The notes under the pieces: generated by a model
Seen by the model: only the letters and a program-made list of their open reading frames with translations
What the model was told of the DNA's origin: nothing
The model's database searches: none
Source: Squalus acanthias
Lineage: Eukaryota
Length of the DNA: 64,000 nucleotides
Direction of reading: 5' to 3'
Assembly (NCBI GenBank): GCA_030390025.1
Contig: CM059425.1
Span: 161,946,001 to 162,010,000 of the forward strand
In this document: positions 21,762-34,715 of the stretch, piece by piece
How positions within the stretch are numbered: position 1 is the first letter of the stretch
How the letters are laid out: each line of letters opens with the position of its first letter
Program-made: the position numbers and the translations under genes

Positions 21762-24410
21762 GAAAAGAGAGCCCACAATAAGAGGGAGAGGGGGAGGACA
21801 GGAGGAGGGCCACATTCCATGGCGCACTTGACCACCGCTGAGGAGACTGCTATCGACATCGTCGGAGGTGCTGAGGAGCTGGAAGTGGGGGACGGAGAGA
21901 TGGGCGCAGTAGAACAAGCTGGTGACAGAATAGATTTGCAACCCTCTCATTTAGATTGCATGAGTGACTGATATGGCATCTGATGTTCATACAATTGGGG
22001 ACTAACAGTAAGATTGGGCAGAGTCAACATGGATTTATGAAAGGGAAATCCTGTTTGACAAACCTATTGGAGTTCTTTGAGGATGTAACTAGTGGAGTAG
22101 ACAAAGGGGAACCGGTAGATGTGGTGTATCTGGATTTTCAGAAGGCCTTCGATAAATTCCCACACAAGAGGTTGGTGAACAAAATTAGGGCACATGGAAT
22201 TGGGGGTAATATACCAGCATGGATTGAGAATTGGTTAACAGACAGAAAACAGAGAGTAGGGATAAACAGGTCTTTTTCAGGATGGCAGGCTGTGACTAGT
22301 GGGGTACCGCAAGGATCAGTGCTTGGGCCCCAGCTATTCACAATCTATATCAATGATTTGGATGAGGGGACTAAATGTAACATTTCCAAATTTGCTGATG
22401 ATACAAAGCTAGGTGGCAGTGTCAGTTGCGAAGAGGATGTGAAGAGGCTTCAAGGGGATCTCGACAGGCTCAGTGAGTGGGCAAGAACATGGCAGATGGA
22501 ATATAATGTGGATAAATGTGAAGTTATCCACTTTGGTAGAAAAAACAGAAAGGCAGAGTATTTCCTAAATGGTGAAAGATTGGGGAATGCAGATGCTGAA
22601 AGGGACCTGGGTGTCCTTCTACATGAGTCACTGAAAGTGAATGTGCAGGTGCAGCAAGCCATTAGGAAGGCAAATGGTATGCTGGCCTTCATTACAAGAG
22701 GATTTGAGTACAGGAGTACTTACTCCAATTATATAGGGCCTTGGTGAGACCACACCTGGAGTGCTGTGTACAATTTTGGTCTCCTTACCTAAGGAAGGAT
22801 ATACTTGCCATAGAGGGAGTGCAACGAAGGTTCACGATATTGATTCCTGTGATGGCGGGACTGTCGTATGAGAAGAGATTGAGTAAACTAGGCCTGTATT
22901 CTCTTTAATTCAGAAGAATGAGAGGGGATCTCATTGAAGCATACAAAATTATTACAGGGCTTGATAGGATGGATGCTGGGAGAATGTTTCCCTTGGCTGG
23001 GGAGTCTAGAACCAGGGGCCACAGCCTCAAGATAAAGGGTAGGCCATTCAGGACTGAGATGAGAAGAAATTTCTTCACACAGAGGGTGGTGAATCTTTGG
23101 AATTCTCTACCCCAGAGGGCGGTGGAGGCTCAGTCATTGGGTAAATTCAAAACAGAAGTCGATAGATTTCTGACTAGTAAGGGCATCAAGGGATATGGCG
23201 ATAGGGCCGGTGAATGGAGTTGAGGCAGAAGATCAGCCATGATCTCATTGAATGGCGGAGCAGGCTCGAAGGACCGAATGGCCTACTCCTGCTCCTATTT
23301 CTTATGTTCTTATGGAGTTCTGATCATCTGCACAATTGGATTTGTCTGCAACGTTAATATCACATGTCTAACTTATGCCTTTACTCCCCCACAGGACCAT
23401 CGAGAGCCCCCCTCCCCACTGTCCAGGAGGAAGAGCCGGAAGACTCCTCAGAGGAAGCTGCAACCTCTGAGGGTGCAGTGTCAGCAGAATTGAGCGCACC
23501 CAGCACCAGCGCAGAGACGCGCACCTTGGTAGGTCATTCACGAGATAGATTAGTGTTGTCACCTGGTGTATCACACCTCACAAGTGAGCATCAGCAGATG
23601 GTGGAGACAGGGACAGCAGTGGAGAGTCCTTGTTGGAGGCCGCAGGGCGCTCCTAGCTCTGCTCAGCTGCATGTGGACCCTGTGCCTCTGGGGCCATCCA
23701 GAAAGAGAGCGGTGCTGGAACTTCAGGAACAAGTGCAGGAGTCTCTGACAGGGTTTGCAACCACTGTAACTGCGAGTGTGCAGAGAATGGAGGAGTCCAT
23801 CTCAAACATGAGCAATGCCGTGGTGCACTCAATGGTGAATGTAGGTGCCGCCATGGAAAGGATGGCAACCTCCATGGAGGACATAAATCGGCAGATGCAA
23901 ATGACCATGGTGATTCTTCTAAACAGATGGTCTGCTATGGTGGATAGATGGGCATCTATTGAGAAGAAGAACCAGAGGTACATGGATGTCTCTGTTATGA
24001 GGACTGTCAGTACAGAGACGGGTCCTCATGGCCCCACTGATTTGCAGCAACGTGCTCTCCAGCTACTTGCTAGCAGTTAAGTGCGGGCAACACACGAGAG
24101 GGATGTTGGTGGTCGACAACAAGGAATTGTAGGCTCCTCTCCAAGCGCTCACACTCCCATGCCACTGCGGAGCCCTCGGTCAGAGCCCCAGATTCCTCAC
24201 CCAACTGAGATGGCCGTCTCAGCCTCTGCACAGCCGCAGGAGGAGCAGACTGTTGCCGAGCCCTCCCAGGCTCCCAAACCTAGATGACGCCCACCAAAGG
24301 TGTCGAAGCAGGCGCAGCATGAAAGTGAGCAAGGTGCCTCAACATCTGCTGAAGCCACAGGGGAAGCACCACGTAGAAGCACGCGTAAGAGAAAGTTAAC
24401 ACACAAATAG
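21762..24410 (+). pseudogene. Harbinger Myb/SANT-like gene, exons 2-3 (disrupted)
   Basis: Exon 21762-21921 (EKRAHNKRERGRTGGGP...) and exon from 23395 (ORF 23364-24080), ending ATGEAPRRSTRKRK; CR1 inserted in the intervening intron. Confidence 0.75.
22001..23314 (+). mobile_element. 5'-truncated CR1 LINE inside Harbinger H2
   Basis: RT ORF 21983-22747 with FADD; 3' tail (TTCTTATG)n. Confidence 0.94.
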
Positions 24411-24699
24411 TCACAAGGGTAGTCACTTGGGTGTTTTGATCGAATACAAAGTTAAGATTCTCATCGTTATTTCAATTGTAATAAAGAAATGCGATGGCAA
24501 AGATTCAAAGAGTTGGCCTATGTGTGCCCAGAAATGGAAGTTTCACAGTGAGGGGTCAGGGCGCCTTTCATCTGTAATGATGGTGGTGAGAGTGATAGGA
24601 ACCCACAGTTTATTGTACAGATGCTGTATGGTGTGTTAAGAAGGTCGGCCAGACACTCATTTCCATGTGGCAGCCACATGTGTTTGCTTCGTAAACTTA

Positions 24700-25887
24700 C
24701 GCAAATCTGGCATGGATTAGTGCATCCCTTGCCTCACGGCCAGCAATGTGCTCGCGTGCTGGTGGAACTGGCACATCCGCCTCTGCAAGGTCTTCCTCCT
24801 ACTCCTCCTCTGAGGCTATGCGCTGAGCCACTTGTTCCTCAGGCAGCGGTAAGCCACGCTGCTGTGAAATGGTGTGCAGTGCACAGCATCCCACGATGAT
24901 TCTGGAGACCCTGGCTGGTGAGATCTGTCGAGGCATCTGAATCGTATTTTGAGCAAGCCGATGGTTTGCTCTATGATGCTTCTGGTGGAAATGTGGCTTG
25001 CATTGTAGCGCTCCTCAGCGTTGTTTAATGGATTCCTCATCGGTGTCAGTAGCCACGTCTTCAGGGGATAGCCCTTGTCTCCAAGGAGCCATCCGGAAAG
25101 TTGGCTTGGCGGATTGAACAGCTGAGGCAAAGTAGACTGCCGCAGGATGAACGAGTCATGGCAACTGCCAGGGAACTTGGCACAAACATGCATAATGTTC
25201 TTCCTGTGGTTACACACCAGCTGGACGTTGAGAGTGGAAGCCCTTGCGGTTGACAAATACAGCTGGGTTGTGATCGGGTGCCCTAATGGCCACATGTGTG
25301 CAGTCTACAACGCCCTGCACCCTTGGGAAGCCTGCCATATTTGCCAAGCCAACCGCATGCGTGGTTACACTTGCTTCATCCGTGGAGAAGTGGATGTAAT
25401 TGTGCGACTTTGCAAAGAGGGCATCGGTAACCTGCGTGATGTAAGTGTGTGCGGCTGACTGGGAGATGCCGCTGATGTCTGCTGCTGATCCCTGGAAGGA
25501 CCCTGAAGCAAAAAAGTTGAATGTGGCAGTGACTTTGACAGCCACTGGTAAGGAGTGTCCACCTGCTCCTTTGGGCTCCAGGTGTTGGTGCAGCATTGTG
25601 CAGATGTCAGAGACTACCTCTCGCGAAAATCTCAGCCTCCTTTGGCACTGTTGCTCACTCATGTTGAGGAAGCTCATCCTCGGCCTGTAAACCCTGTGTT
25701 GGGGGTATCTCCTGCGACGCGGTGCAGCCCTGCGCTGACGCCCTCTGCCCTGTGCAGCATCAGGTGGCTGAGGAGAAGGTTGGCGCTCCTGTTGTTGCTG
25801 CTGCTGTTGTGCCTGGTTCTGCTGCTGCCGCGGCTGCTCTTCCTCTGATTCTGAGGACCAGGATGAGAGGGTATAAATGGTTCCCAT
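24700..25887 (-). pseudogene. Harbinger (HARBI1-like) transposase with N-terminal polyQ, frameshifted
   Basis: ORFs 25210-25887 ([14 protein letters not shown]...NRKGFHS) and 24816-25295 ([10 protein letters not shown]...LLGDKGYPL...[15 protein letters not shown]). 3' end approximate. Confidence 0.93.
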
Positions 25888-27170
25888 TCTGCTGGTATAT
25901 AGCTCAGTTGAGGAAGAGATGTTATAAGCGCCCAGTCAACGTGGGGACAAGGATTTCCAAGGAGGTCACAGTGCATATGAATCTCAGCTTAAACACTTAC
26001 AAGCTCAATAGACCTGCAAAATGTGTTCCAAAACCTCAAAACACAAAGTTCTGGCATCTGAAAGTCAGCCATGTTACAGGTCCGCTTTTATGCTGCAGGT
26101 GCAGCGGTCAAGAATTCAGCTAGTTGCTGAACCCGGCACAATCAGCTGGCGTGTTTGTCGCACGACGTGCAACATGCTGAAAATGTAGTAAAATGGGAAG
26201 ACCCTGTTAAAATGGGATTATGTAGGCAGTTAACAAGCTGTTAACTGCCTTAAGTGCCTCTCCCGCAGCTTGGTGTCAGGTCTTATTGGGACTCGCAGAC
26301 CCGACACTTTGCAGAGTTGCGTGGAGGCAGGATGACGGCAGGTTCACAACCCGCTGTCAATCATTTAGATTTTCACTCCTGACCCGCCTCCAAACCCGCC
26401 CTCTGATCACCGGCAAAATCGCGGCCATAGTGTTCCTCACATAAAATAATATCTCAGAACATTTTACAAGAGAGAGGGACATGAAGCAGGAAGTGAGAGG
26501 AATTGGGAGATGGTGAGTAAAGTCTGAAGACATAGTCAAAGAGGTAGCTTTTTACAATGCTTAAGGAAATGACAGCAAAACAAAATGATTTTGGAAGAGA
26601 ATTCCAGAAGGCCGCTTTGTGAGTTAGATGTAATTCTACAAATCTGTGGTGCCAGTGTGAAGCCTTACCTACTGGCTGGCAGTGCATGCAAAAATCTGGA
26701 TGTGTGCTGGCAACTACTGTCCAATCACGATGGTAGGAAAATTGTGGGCAAAGTGCGCCTTAATTTCCAATATATGCTTCCATCGGGTGAGACTCCCTAC
26801 TGTGCTGACTTGATACTACCCCCTGAATGAACTTTTAAAATTCCATCAATTGTAACATTCCCAGGTCCTTTTCAAAAAGTCAAGGAAACTGGGTGGTATA
26901 GTAAGTTAAACCTGGTCTTCTACCTCTCGAATGTGAATACAAATCAACCCTACACTATGGGATCAAACTCTTCTATTTACAAGTGTTCGATGTGAAATTA
27001 TTTTAGATAGTTTCAGACGCACATTTATATGCTGGGTACCCTTGCTGCCATTTTATACTACATGGGCAATTTACTAACAATAGATAATTATACATGCCCA
27101 AATTTATGCAGTTGCTCTGAAGTAGTGAATCCTGTATGTGTACCCTTCGGATGGCATCTTCTTCAATGTC

Positions 27171-29645
27171 AGAACATAAGAATTAGGAGCAGGAGTAGGC
27201 CATAGCCCTCTTCGAGCCTGCTCCGCCATTCATAACAACATAAGAAATTGGAGATGCAGTAGGCCATTTGGCCCTTCAAACCTGCTCCGCCATTCAACAA
27301 GATCATGGTTGATCTTCTACCTCAACTCCACCTTCCCGCACTATCCCCATATCCCTTAATTCCCTTCGTTCCCAAAAATTTATCGACCTCTGTCTTGAAT
27401 ATACTCAACGACTGAGCATCCATAGCTCTCTGGGGTAGAGAATTCCAAAGATTTACAACCCTTTGAGTGAATAAATTTCTCCTCATCTCAGTCCTAAATG
27501 GCCGACCCCTTATTCTGTGACTGTGACCCCGTGTTCTAGATTTCCCAGCCAGGGGAAACATTTTCCCAGCATTAACCCTGTCAAGCCCCTTAAGAATTTT
27601 ATATGTTTCAATTAGATCACCTCTCATTCTTCTAAACGCTAAGGAATATAGGCCCAGTCTACTCAACTTCTCCTCATAAGGCAATCCCCTCATCCCAGGA
27701 ACCAGTCTCGTGAGCCTTTGCTGCACTCCCTCTAAGGTAAGTATGTCTTTCCTTCGGTAAGGAGACCAGAACAGTACACAGTACTCCAGGTGTGGCCTCA
27801 CCAATGCCCTGTATAATTGTAGTAAGACTTCTTTACTCTTATACTCTAATCCCTTTGTAACAAAAGCTAACATATCATTTGCTTTCCTAATTGCTTGCTG
27901 TACCGGCATGTTAACTTTCTGTGATTCATGTACAAGGATACCCAGGTCCCTCTGAGTGCAAACATTTGCCAGTCTCTCACCATTCAAAAAATATTGTGCT
28001 TTTTTGTTTTTCCTACCAAAGTGGATAACTTCACACTTCCCCACATTGTATTCCATTTGCCATGTTCTTGCCTACATAGTCAAACTGTCTATATCTCTCT
28101 GCAGCCTCTTTGCATCCTCCTCACAGCTTACTTTCCCACCTAACTTTGTATCATCAGCAAACTTAGATACGTTATACACTCAGTCCCTTCAGCTAAGTCA
28201 TTAATATAGATTGTAAATAGCGGAGGCCCAAGCACTGATCCTTGCGGTACCCCACTAGTTACAGCCTGCCAACCTGAAAAAGTCCCGTTTATTCCTACTC
28301 TCTGTTTTCTGTCCATTAACCCACCCTCAATCCAAGCTAATACATTACCCCAATACCATGAGTCCTAATTTTGTGTAATAACCTCTTGTGTGGCACCTTA
28401 TTGAATGCTTTTTGAAAATCCAAATACACTATTCACTTATCCCCGCTTATCCATCCTACTAGTTACATCTTCAAAAAATTCTAACAGATTTGTCAAACAC
28501 GATTTCCCTTTCATAAAACCATGTTATCTTTGCCTAATCATATTATGATTTTCTAAGTGCCCTGTTACCGCGTCCCTAATAATAGATTCTAGCATTTTGC
28601 CTACTACTGATGTCAGGCTAACTGGCCTTTGGTTCCCCGTTTTTTCTCTTCCTCCTTTCTTAAATAGCAGGGTTATGTTTGCTACCTTCCAATCCTTGAG
28701 GACTGTTCTAGAATCTAGGAAATTTTGGAAGATTAATATACCAGTGCATCCACTATCTTTGCAGCTACCTCTTTTAAAACCCAAGGATGCAGGTCGTCAA
28801 GTCCAGGGGATTTGTCGCCACTTAGTCCCATTAATTTCTCCAGTACTATGTCTTTACTTATACTTATTTCTTTAAGTTCATCATTCTCTCTAGACCCTTG
28901 GTTCCCCATTATTTCCGGAATGTTTTTTGTGTCTTCTACCATGAAGACAGATACAAAGTATTTGTTTAATGTCTCTGCCATTTCTTTATTGCCCATTATA
29001 ATTTCTCCTGTCTCTGCCTCTAATGGGCCCACGTTTATTTTCACTAATCTCTTCCTATTTACATACCTATAGAAACGTTTACGATCTGTTTTTATGTCTC
29101 TTGCTAATTTACTCTCATTCTTTTTTCTCTTTCCTTATCAATTTCTTGGTCCTCCTTTGCTGAATTCTAAAATCCTCCCAATCCTCAGGCTCACTACTCT
29201 TTTTGGCAAAATTATAAACCTTGACATGAATCTGTCATTCATGACTTATGAAATAATACTGAGTGGCCTGCGGGTGGCGCTGTCCAGGGAGAGTATAAAT
29301 ACTCGGGCACGGGCCCAGCTTGTGCAGGACATTCTTAACCGGAACTAGTGAAGGACACAACTAGACCTCCATGTTGTAAAACAGTTGATTAAAGCTTTGT
29401 TTAACGCTTAGACCAAGTGCCTAGTAGTTTTCTTACGTCAATCCTCTTCCTTTGATCTAATACTATATTTAACTTCTATTGTTTGCCACGGTTGGACCAC
29501 TTTTCCTTTGGGGTTTTTGTGCCTTAAAGGAATGTATATTTGTTGTAAATTATGTATTAATTCTTTAAATGCTAGCCATTGCTTCAATAAGATCATGGCT
29601 GATCTTTGATCTCAACTCCCCTTGTCTGCTCGATCTCCCACAAGA
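27171..29645 (-). mobile_element. CR1 LINE (~27235-29583) nested in the 3' UTR of a second short CR1 tail
   Basis: ORF2 fragments (27322-28056 etc.); the outer tail is split between 27171-27233 and 29584-29645. Confidence 0.9.
29222..29440 (+). mobile_element. Solo LTR (219 bp), copy 2
   Basis: TGAC...GTCA ends; 5-bp TSD AACCT/ATCCT (one mismatch); differs from copy 1 by about 3 substitutions and 3 indels. Confidence 0.88.
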
Positions 29646-29649
29646 TCTA

Positions 29650-31480
29650 AAATAGCTGGCCGCAGCCAGACCTAAAATGGGTGATGTTTCTATCTGCTAC
29701 CAGTGGATCAGCCAAAAAGCTCTTTTTGTGCTTGTCTGCTATTGGAGGCAACCTTTTGAGATTGGAGCTAATGCAATTATTGGGCAGAACAGAGGGAACG
29801 TTAATCTGCATCAAAAAGGATAGTTTCTGCAGAGGACTTTGGCAGCAGCATGCCACTGATAACAACATAAACAGAATGCAAGCCTGTCATTTGAAGAAGA
29901 AACAGCCATGTTTTTGGCCACTGAAAGCTCAATCTGCCCAGACAGATCAGTGTAGCAGTTTAATGCTTGCTGGCCTGTAAAGGAATGAGCCATATTTCAG
30001 AAAAATACACCATCCTATGAACAGAATTCTGACATTATTAAAATATGACAAACTGGGGTTAAAAATCTAAAAGCCTCAACGACACAAGCCGTAAACAGAA
30101 ATACAGGCTTCTGAGATAAGATGAAGTGTTAACACAAAGCTGTAAACACCATACAAGCTTTTGAAATGGGAAATGGTTATTGACACAGACAATGGCCTAT
30201 TGAAGAAGCAAAGGCTTGGTTCTAAGGACTCTGCAGTTTGGAACCAACACAATAGCTATACCTAGTTTAAAGTGTTAAAAACTAACACGTCGAACAGAAG
30301 CACAGAACATTAAAAAACCATGTGCCTTTGTAAAAGTAACATCAAATGAAACAGGAAACACAATTATATATACAACCAATTGAAGTAGCTAAGAAATGCA
30401 TGGAACACCCTGGTTGAAGTGGTTTTGATTTACATATTGTAAATATGATACCTACAGAACACTTTGAAGATATAATATCAATAGATGTACCAAGCAATCA
30501 CATTGTGTTTGTATTGAACTTGGAACAGTTGGGAGACATAACGTCTGCTTATAACCAGTTAAGGGGATATTAAGAATTCAATAGAAGACCTCGTAAGAAT
30601 GGCATCAAATAGATAAATCTGTTAAACCATATTTGATAAGTTATGAAACACCTATACAGCAGATAGGATTCTGAGAGTTTGCAGCTGAACTAACAGTAAG
30701 AATAGAAAGAAGTCAACAGAAAGACTGACTAGAGATAATTAGCTTACATCAGCAGAAAACTTCAAAGGAGATACCACTGCAAAAAGGCTATAAGATATGG
30801 GATTTTCAAATGGGTAAATAGAAGTCGCTGGAAAGAGCAGGTGATTCTCAGATTCAGAGGGAGGCTCTGTAAGTTTTTAACTCTGAGTCTCGGGGATCAA
30901 TGGTACTTTAATTGATTTTGGTGGATATTCTGGATTAAGAATAAGACTTAGAAATGTAAAAATGTAACGAAGTTAAGATTTGAGAATAAGGATCTCTGAG
31001 AATAGAAATGTAAGCTATTTGTATTTTGAACTGTTAAAGTTGCGATTGACTCATCAACTGTTAACTAAATGTTGGTTCCTTAATAAATCTATATATTTTT
31101 AGAATTGTCTCAGAGTATTTCTGTATCAACCTCGCGAACTCAAATCTCTGTACACTCTTGTGAGGAGTTGCAGAATTCTGGGGGGTTTTCCGGACCCTCA
31201 TAATATCCGGAAGGTTACAGTCTAGTTAAACTTCTTAAAAGTGCTATCTGGAGGACGGTAATATCTTCAAGTCGTTTCTTTCCTTTAGGGAGAGATAGTC
31301 TGGACCTTTAGACCCAATTAAGCGTCTTATAGGATTCGGCTATCTCTAACTTTAGTTGAAGGGGAACGTCTGGGGAATACGCCTGATCTGGGGTAGCCCG
31401 AGAAGGGCTAGGACTTGTAATTATCCCTTCAGGCCTATATGGATCTTCCCCAGTGACTGGGTACGAGATGGCTGCCATCG
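29650..31480 (+). mobile_element. Possible decayed ERV-type LTR plus leader
   Basis: TATA-like motif ~30789, AATAAA ~31082, then a weak tRNA-Pro PBS-like sequence at 31179-31196 (12/18 match). No second copy or TSD found. Confidence 0.3.
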
Positions 31481-31489
31481 CTCCGTTAC

Positions 31490-32110
31490 ATCGCCCGACT
31501 CTGACCCTGCCTCAGCTCATCTGCTGCTGAAACCCTCATCCATGCCTTTGTTACCTCTAGACTTGACTATTCCAATGGACTCCTGGCCAGTCTCCCATGT
31601 TCTACTCTCCGTAAACTTGAGGTCATCCAAAACTCTGCTGCCCATGTCCTAACTCGCACCAAGTCCCGTTCACCCATCACCCCTGTGCTCGCTGGCCTAC
31701 ATTGGCTCCCAATTAAGCAATGCCTCAGTTTTAAAATTCTCATCCTAGTTTTCAAATCCCTCCATGACCTTGCCCCTCCCTATCTCTGTATTGTCCTCCA
31801 GCCCTACAACCCTCCGAAATATCTGCACTCCTTCATTTCTGGCCTCTTGAACATCCCTGATTTTAATCACTCCACCATTGGCGGCCGTGCCTTCACCTGC
31901 CGAGGCCCTAAGCTCTGGAAGTCCCTCCCTAAACCTCTCCGCCTCTCTTTCCTCCTTTAAGACGCTCCTTAAAACCAACATCTTTGGCGAAGCATCTACC
32001 CTAATATCTCATGTGGCTCGGTGTCAAATTTTGTTTGATAATGTTCCTGTGAAGCGCCTTGAGATGTATTACTACGTTAAAGGCGCTACATAAATACAAG
32101 TTGTTGTTGC
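31490..32110 (+). mobile_element. L2 LINE 3' fragment
   Basis: AETLIHAFVTSRLDYSN and LHWLPIKQ..FKIL motifs; tail ...aaggcgctacataaatacaagttgttgttg. Confidence 0.9.
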
Positions 32111-32139
32111 CAGTTATGTGTACTTATATTACAAACCAT

Positions 32140-32883
32140 GGGCTAGAAATTCGGTGAATTTGCGCCTCTCGTTAGCGCGCTTGGGGGCGCAAACGACTTT
32201 TCGCCCAGGCGCGGCACCACTAACAACTGCTAAATTCGCGGGAGTTTAGTGGCAGCGGTAACCGGTATCGCCCCACTCCGCTGGTGATGACGACATCAAC
32301 ACTGTGTGCAGTGCCCCGTTTTTGCTCCGCCTGCAAAATTGGCCCGCGCCCCCTGAATCTGCGCCGGGCGATAACAGCGACTGATTCAGGGGGCAGGAAC
32401 GGAGCGGCAGGAGGCTCATGGGGCGCTAACTAAAGGGGAGGTGGCGGGCGGGAAAAAAAAAAAAAAATCGGCCGACTTTCTTGTCGCGGCTCGTTGCATC
32501 TTTGAACGCGGGGTCCGTGCTGCGATCTGGCAGCCCGGCACTCCTCTTGAGTGCCGGGCTACTGGCTCAGCACCCCGCTCCCCAGTGGTCCAGGTAGGGC
32601 CCCGCAGAGTTGTGGGTTTGGGCCCTCCCCTTTAATGAAGGGAAGAGCCCTTCCATGCGGCAGCACTACGTGGCCCAGTGTGTACCGCTGCAGAACGCAC
32701 CGCCCCAATATTCGGGGTTAGCGCTCTAAGAAGGAAGTGGAGCGCTTTAATTAGCGCTCCAGCTCCCTCTTGGGGTGCTAAAACTGAAGTCAGCGATCGA
32801 GGGCGCTATTTTTCGCCGGGCGGTAAATTTAGTGCCCAGGCAATATTAGCGACCCAAAATAATCGCTAACGAATTTTTCCCCC
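32140..32883. mobile_element. Harbinger-type MITE
   Basis: TIR GGGCTAGAAATTCG / CGAATTTTTCCCCC; TSD CAT on both sides; CpG-rich. Confidence 0.85.
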
Positions 32884-33628
32884 CATGACTTTAAAACAAC
32901 TGCATGTGCACAACAGAACTAGATGCTGTAAAAACTGTCTTGCAATATAAACAGGAGAGTTTCTATTAAAGCTGGTTCTGAGAAGTAGTATTGCAGAACT
33001 ACATCCTGAAACAGTTCTGAAATATAAATGTACCATACTGTCAGCCTGGTGATAAAGTACATCAGAGATCATGGTATATCAGTGTTACAGTGGATCGTTA
33101 CTGGAACATGCAGTTTCTCACTCAGTTAACTCTTGTTTCACAGTAGACTGAACCCATGTGAATTGGTACTCCAGAATAAAACAGGTTCCTCTTCTTATCA
33201 CTAACAAAAAGCATGATTTGTGCATTAAGTTTCTCCTTGCAACTATACACCTTATGAGCAGAGAATCACCTGAAGTAGAGGGTGAGGTTGCGTTGGTCCA
33301 GATTGACTTCCGCACTGTTCTGTAAATGTGATTTTATTTCAACTGCAGTAAATTTAAATCAAACTGTCTCAGTCATAAGATATTTTTTTAAATAACAGCA
33401 ATTGGCTGAAACACTGTTGAACATGGGTGCAAAATCCTTTATTTCACCACAAAAAAGCTGTTTTTAAAAACAGTGTTATAGAATTTTATCACTAATGTTA
33501 TTCAGTCATAATTGTACAGTAAGCATATTGCAGTGTATAGCAAAATTACAATTCTGATATTAGTAAACTAAAACTAATTACATGCTTTTGGAAAAACTGT
33601 AGGCAGTTAGGTATGAATAAGATCACAT

Positions 33629-34336
33629 GGGGCAGAAATTCAGGTCCCCATGGGTGAGTACGCGCTGTGTACTCACCCGTAGGGCCACCGGAAGTACCGG
33701 TTTTGCGCATGCACGGGAAACCGGAACTTCCGGTCTCGAGAAGGGGTTCAAGGGTCAACCGCGTGCGTGGGAGAGGCAGAGCGCACGCAGCGAACTTCCG
33801 CTTTTTTTTTAATTACAGGTTTTCCCGTGAAGGTAAGTCCCTGGCAGCTGCGCGGGGAAAAAGGAGGCGCAAGGCCTGCTTTTAACAAGGTAAGTGGTGA
33901 ATTAACTAAAATTAAAACATTTTTTCCACAGGTTTATTATTTTTAAATACTTTAATGAAAGGTAAGTTTATTTTTAGCTGTTAAAAATTGTAATTAATTT
34001 TTTCAAAAATTTAAATTATTGTTTAAAATAGTTATTTTATGTAATTTATAGTTATTTTAAAAATGTGATTTAAAAAAAAATGTATTTGAAGTTTTAGTTA
34101 GGTTTTGGGGCCGATCTCTATTCATAGATTTGACAGGTCTTCCATGGCCCACGTGATCCCAGGGGACGCTTCGAACTAACTGCGCCCCTGGGATACGCAA
34201 GCACTGCACACCGGCAGCTGGAGGAGGCCCAGGATCGGAATTCCACGCGGGCCCAGAACACAACGGCAGGCGCGCTATGTAAGTGCACCCGCTATGCTTG
34301 CACCCACGGGAAGCCTCCGACCCAAATTTCTGGCCC
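33629..34336. mobile_element. Harbinger-type MITE (family shared with 62674-63415)
   Basis: TIR GGGGCAGAAATT / AATTTCTGGCCC; TSD CAT; GC-rich arms and AT-rich core. Confidence 0.85.
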
Positions 34337-34558
34337 CATATGTTTTAAGAATATATGTGCAATTATATGTAATCTATTTTAAACAGTGTTGTTGAATAAA
34401 GAAACAATTTTGTTCACAACTCATTTATTATCATTTTTTATTAGGATTTTCTACTGACTAAAAGCAGTTGTGCCTCCTTGACTAACCCTTAGCTGATAGC
34501 AGACGCTGCCTCAGGCCAATACACACCTAATTGCTTGGTAAAAAGACCGTTTTCCTAC

Positions 34559-34715
34559 CTCATTGAGTTGGATGATATGGTAAATCTGCCTCAGGTATTG
34601 ACTGCCACCTGGCTGGTGGCAGATATCCAAGAGCATCATGCTTACTTTCTGCTTAGTCAATTCAGCCAAACTGCCTTTCTCCTGTGCGACGGAACCTTCG
34701 TCTGTGAGAAATGCA
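34559..34715 (-). CDS. KIAA0825: KIAA0825 orthologue, internal coding exon (157 bp)
   Basis: Acceptor ttcttgcAG, donor GTAGGA. Split codon AA|T joins in frame to the previous exon. Encodes AFLTDEGSVAQEKGSLAELTKQKVSMMLLDICHQPGGSQYLRQIYHIIQLNE (recalled human: LDLCHKPGGREYLRQIYHIMQLNE). Confidence 0.92.

Larger units (their letters stand above)
21598..26426. mobile_element. PIF/Harbinger transposon (copy H2), first Myb exon deleted, inserted in an L2-type tail
   Basis: TIR GGCCGCGATTTT / AAAATCGCGGCC; 3-bp TSD ATA (21595-21597 / 26427-26429); the flanks rejoin as caacttacatttatatag.... Confidence 0.92.
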
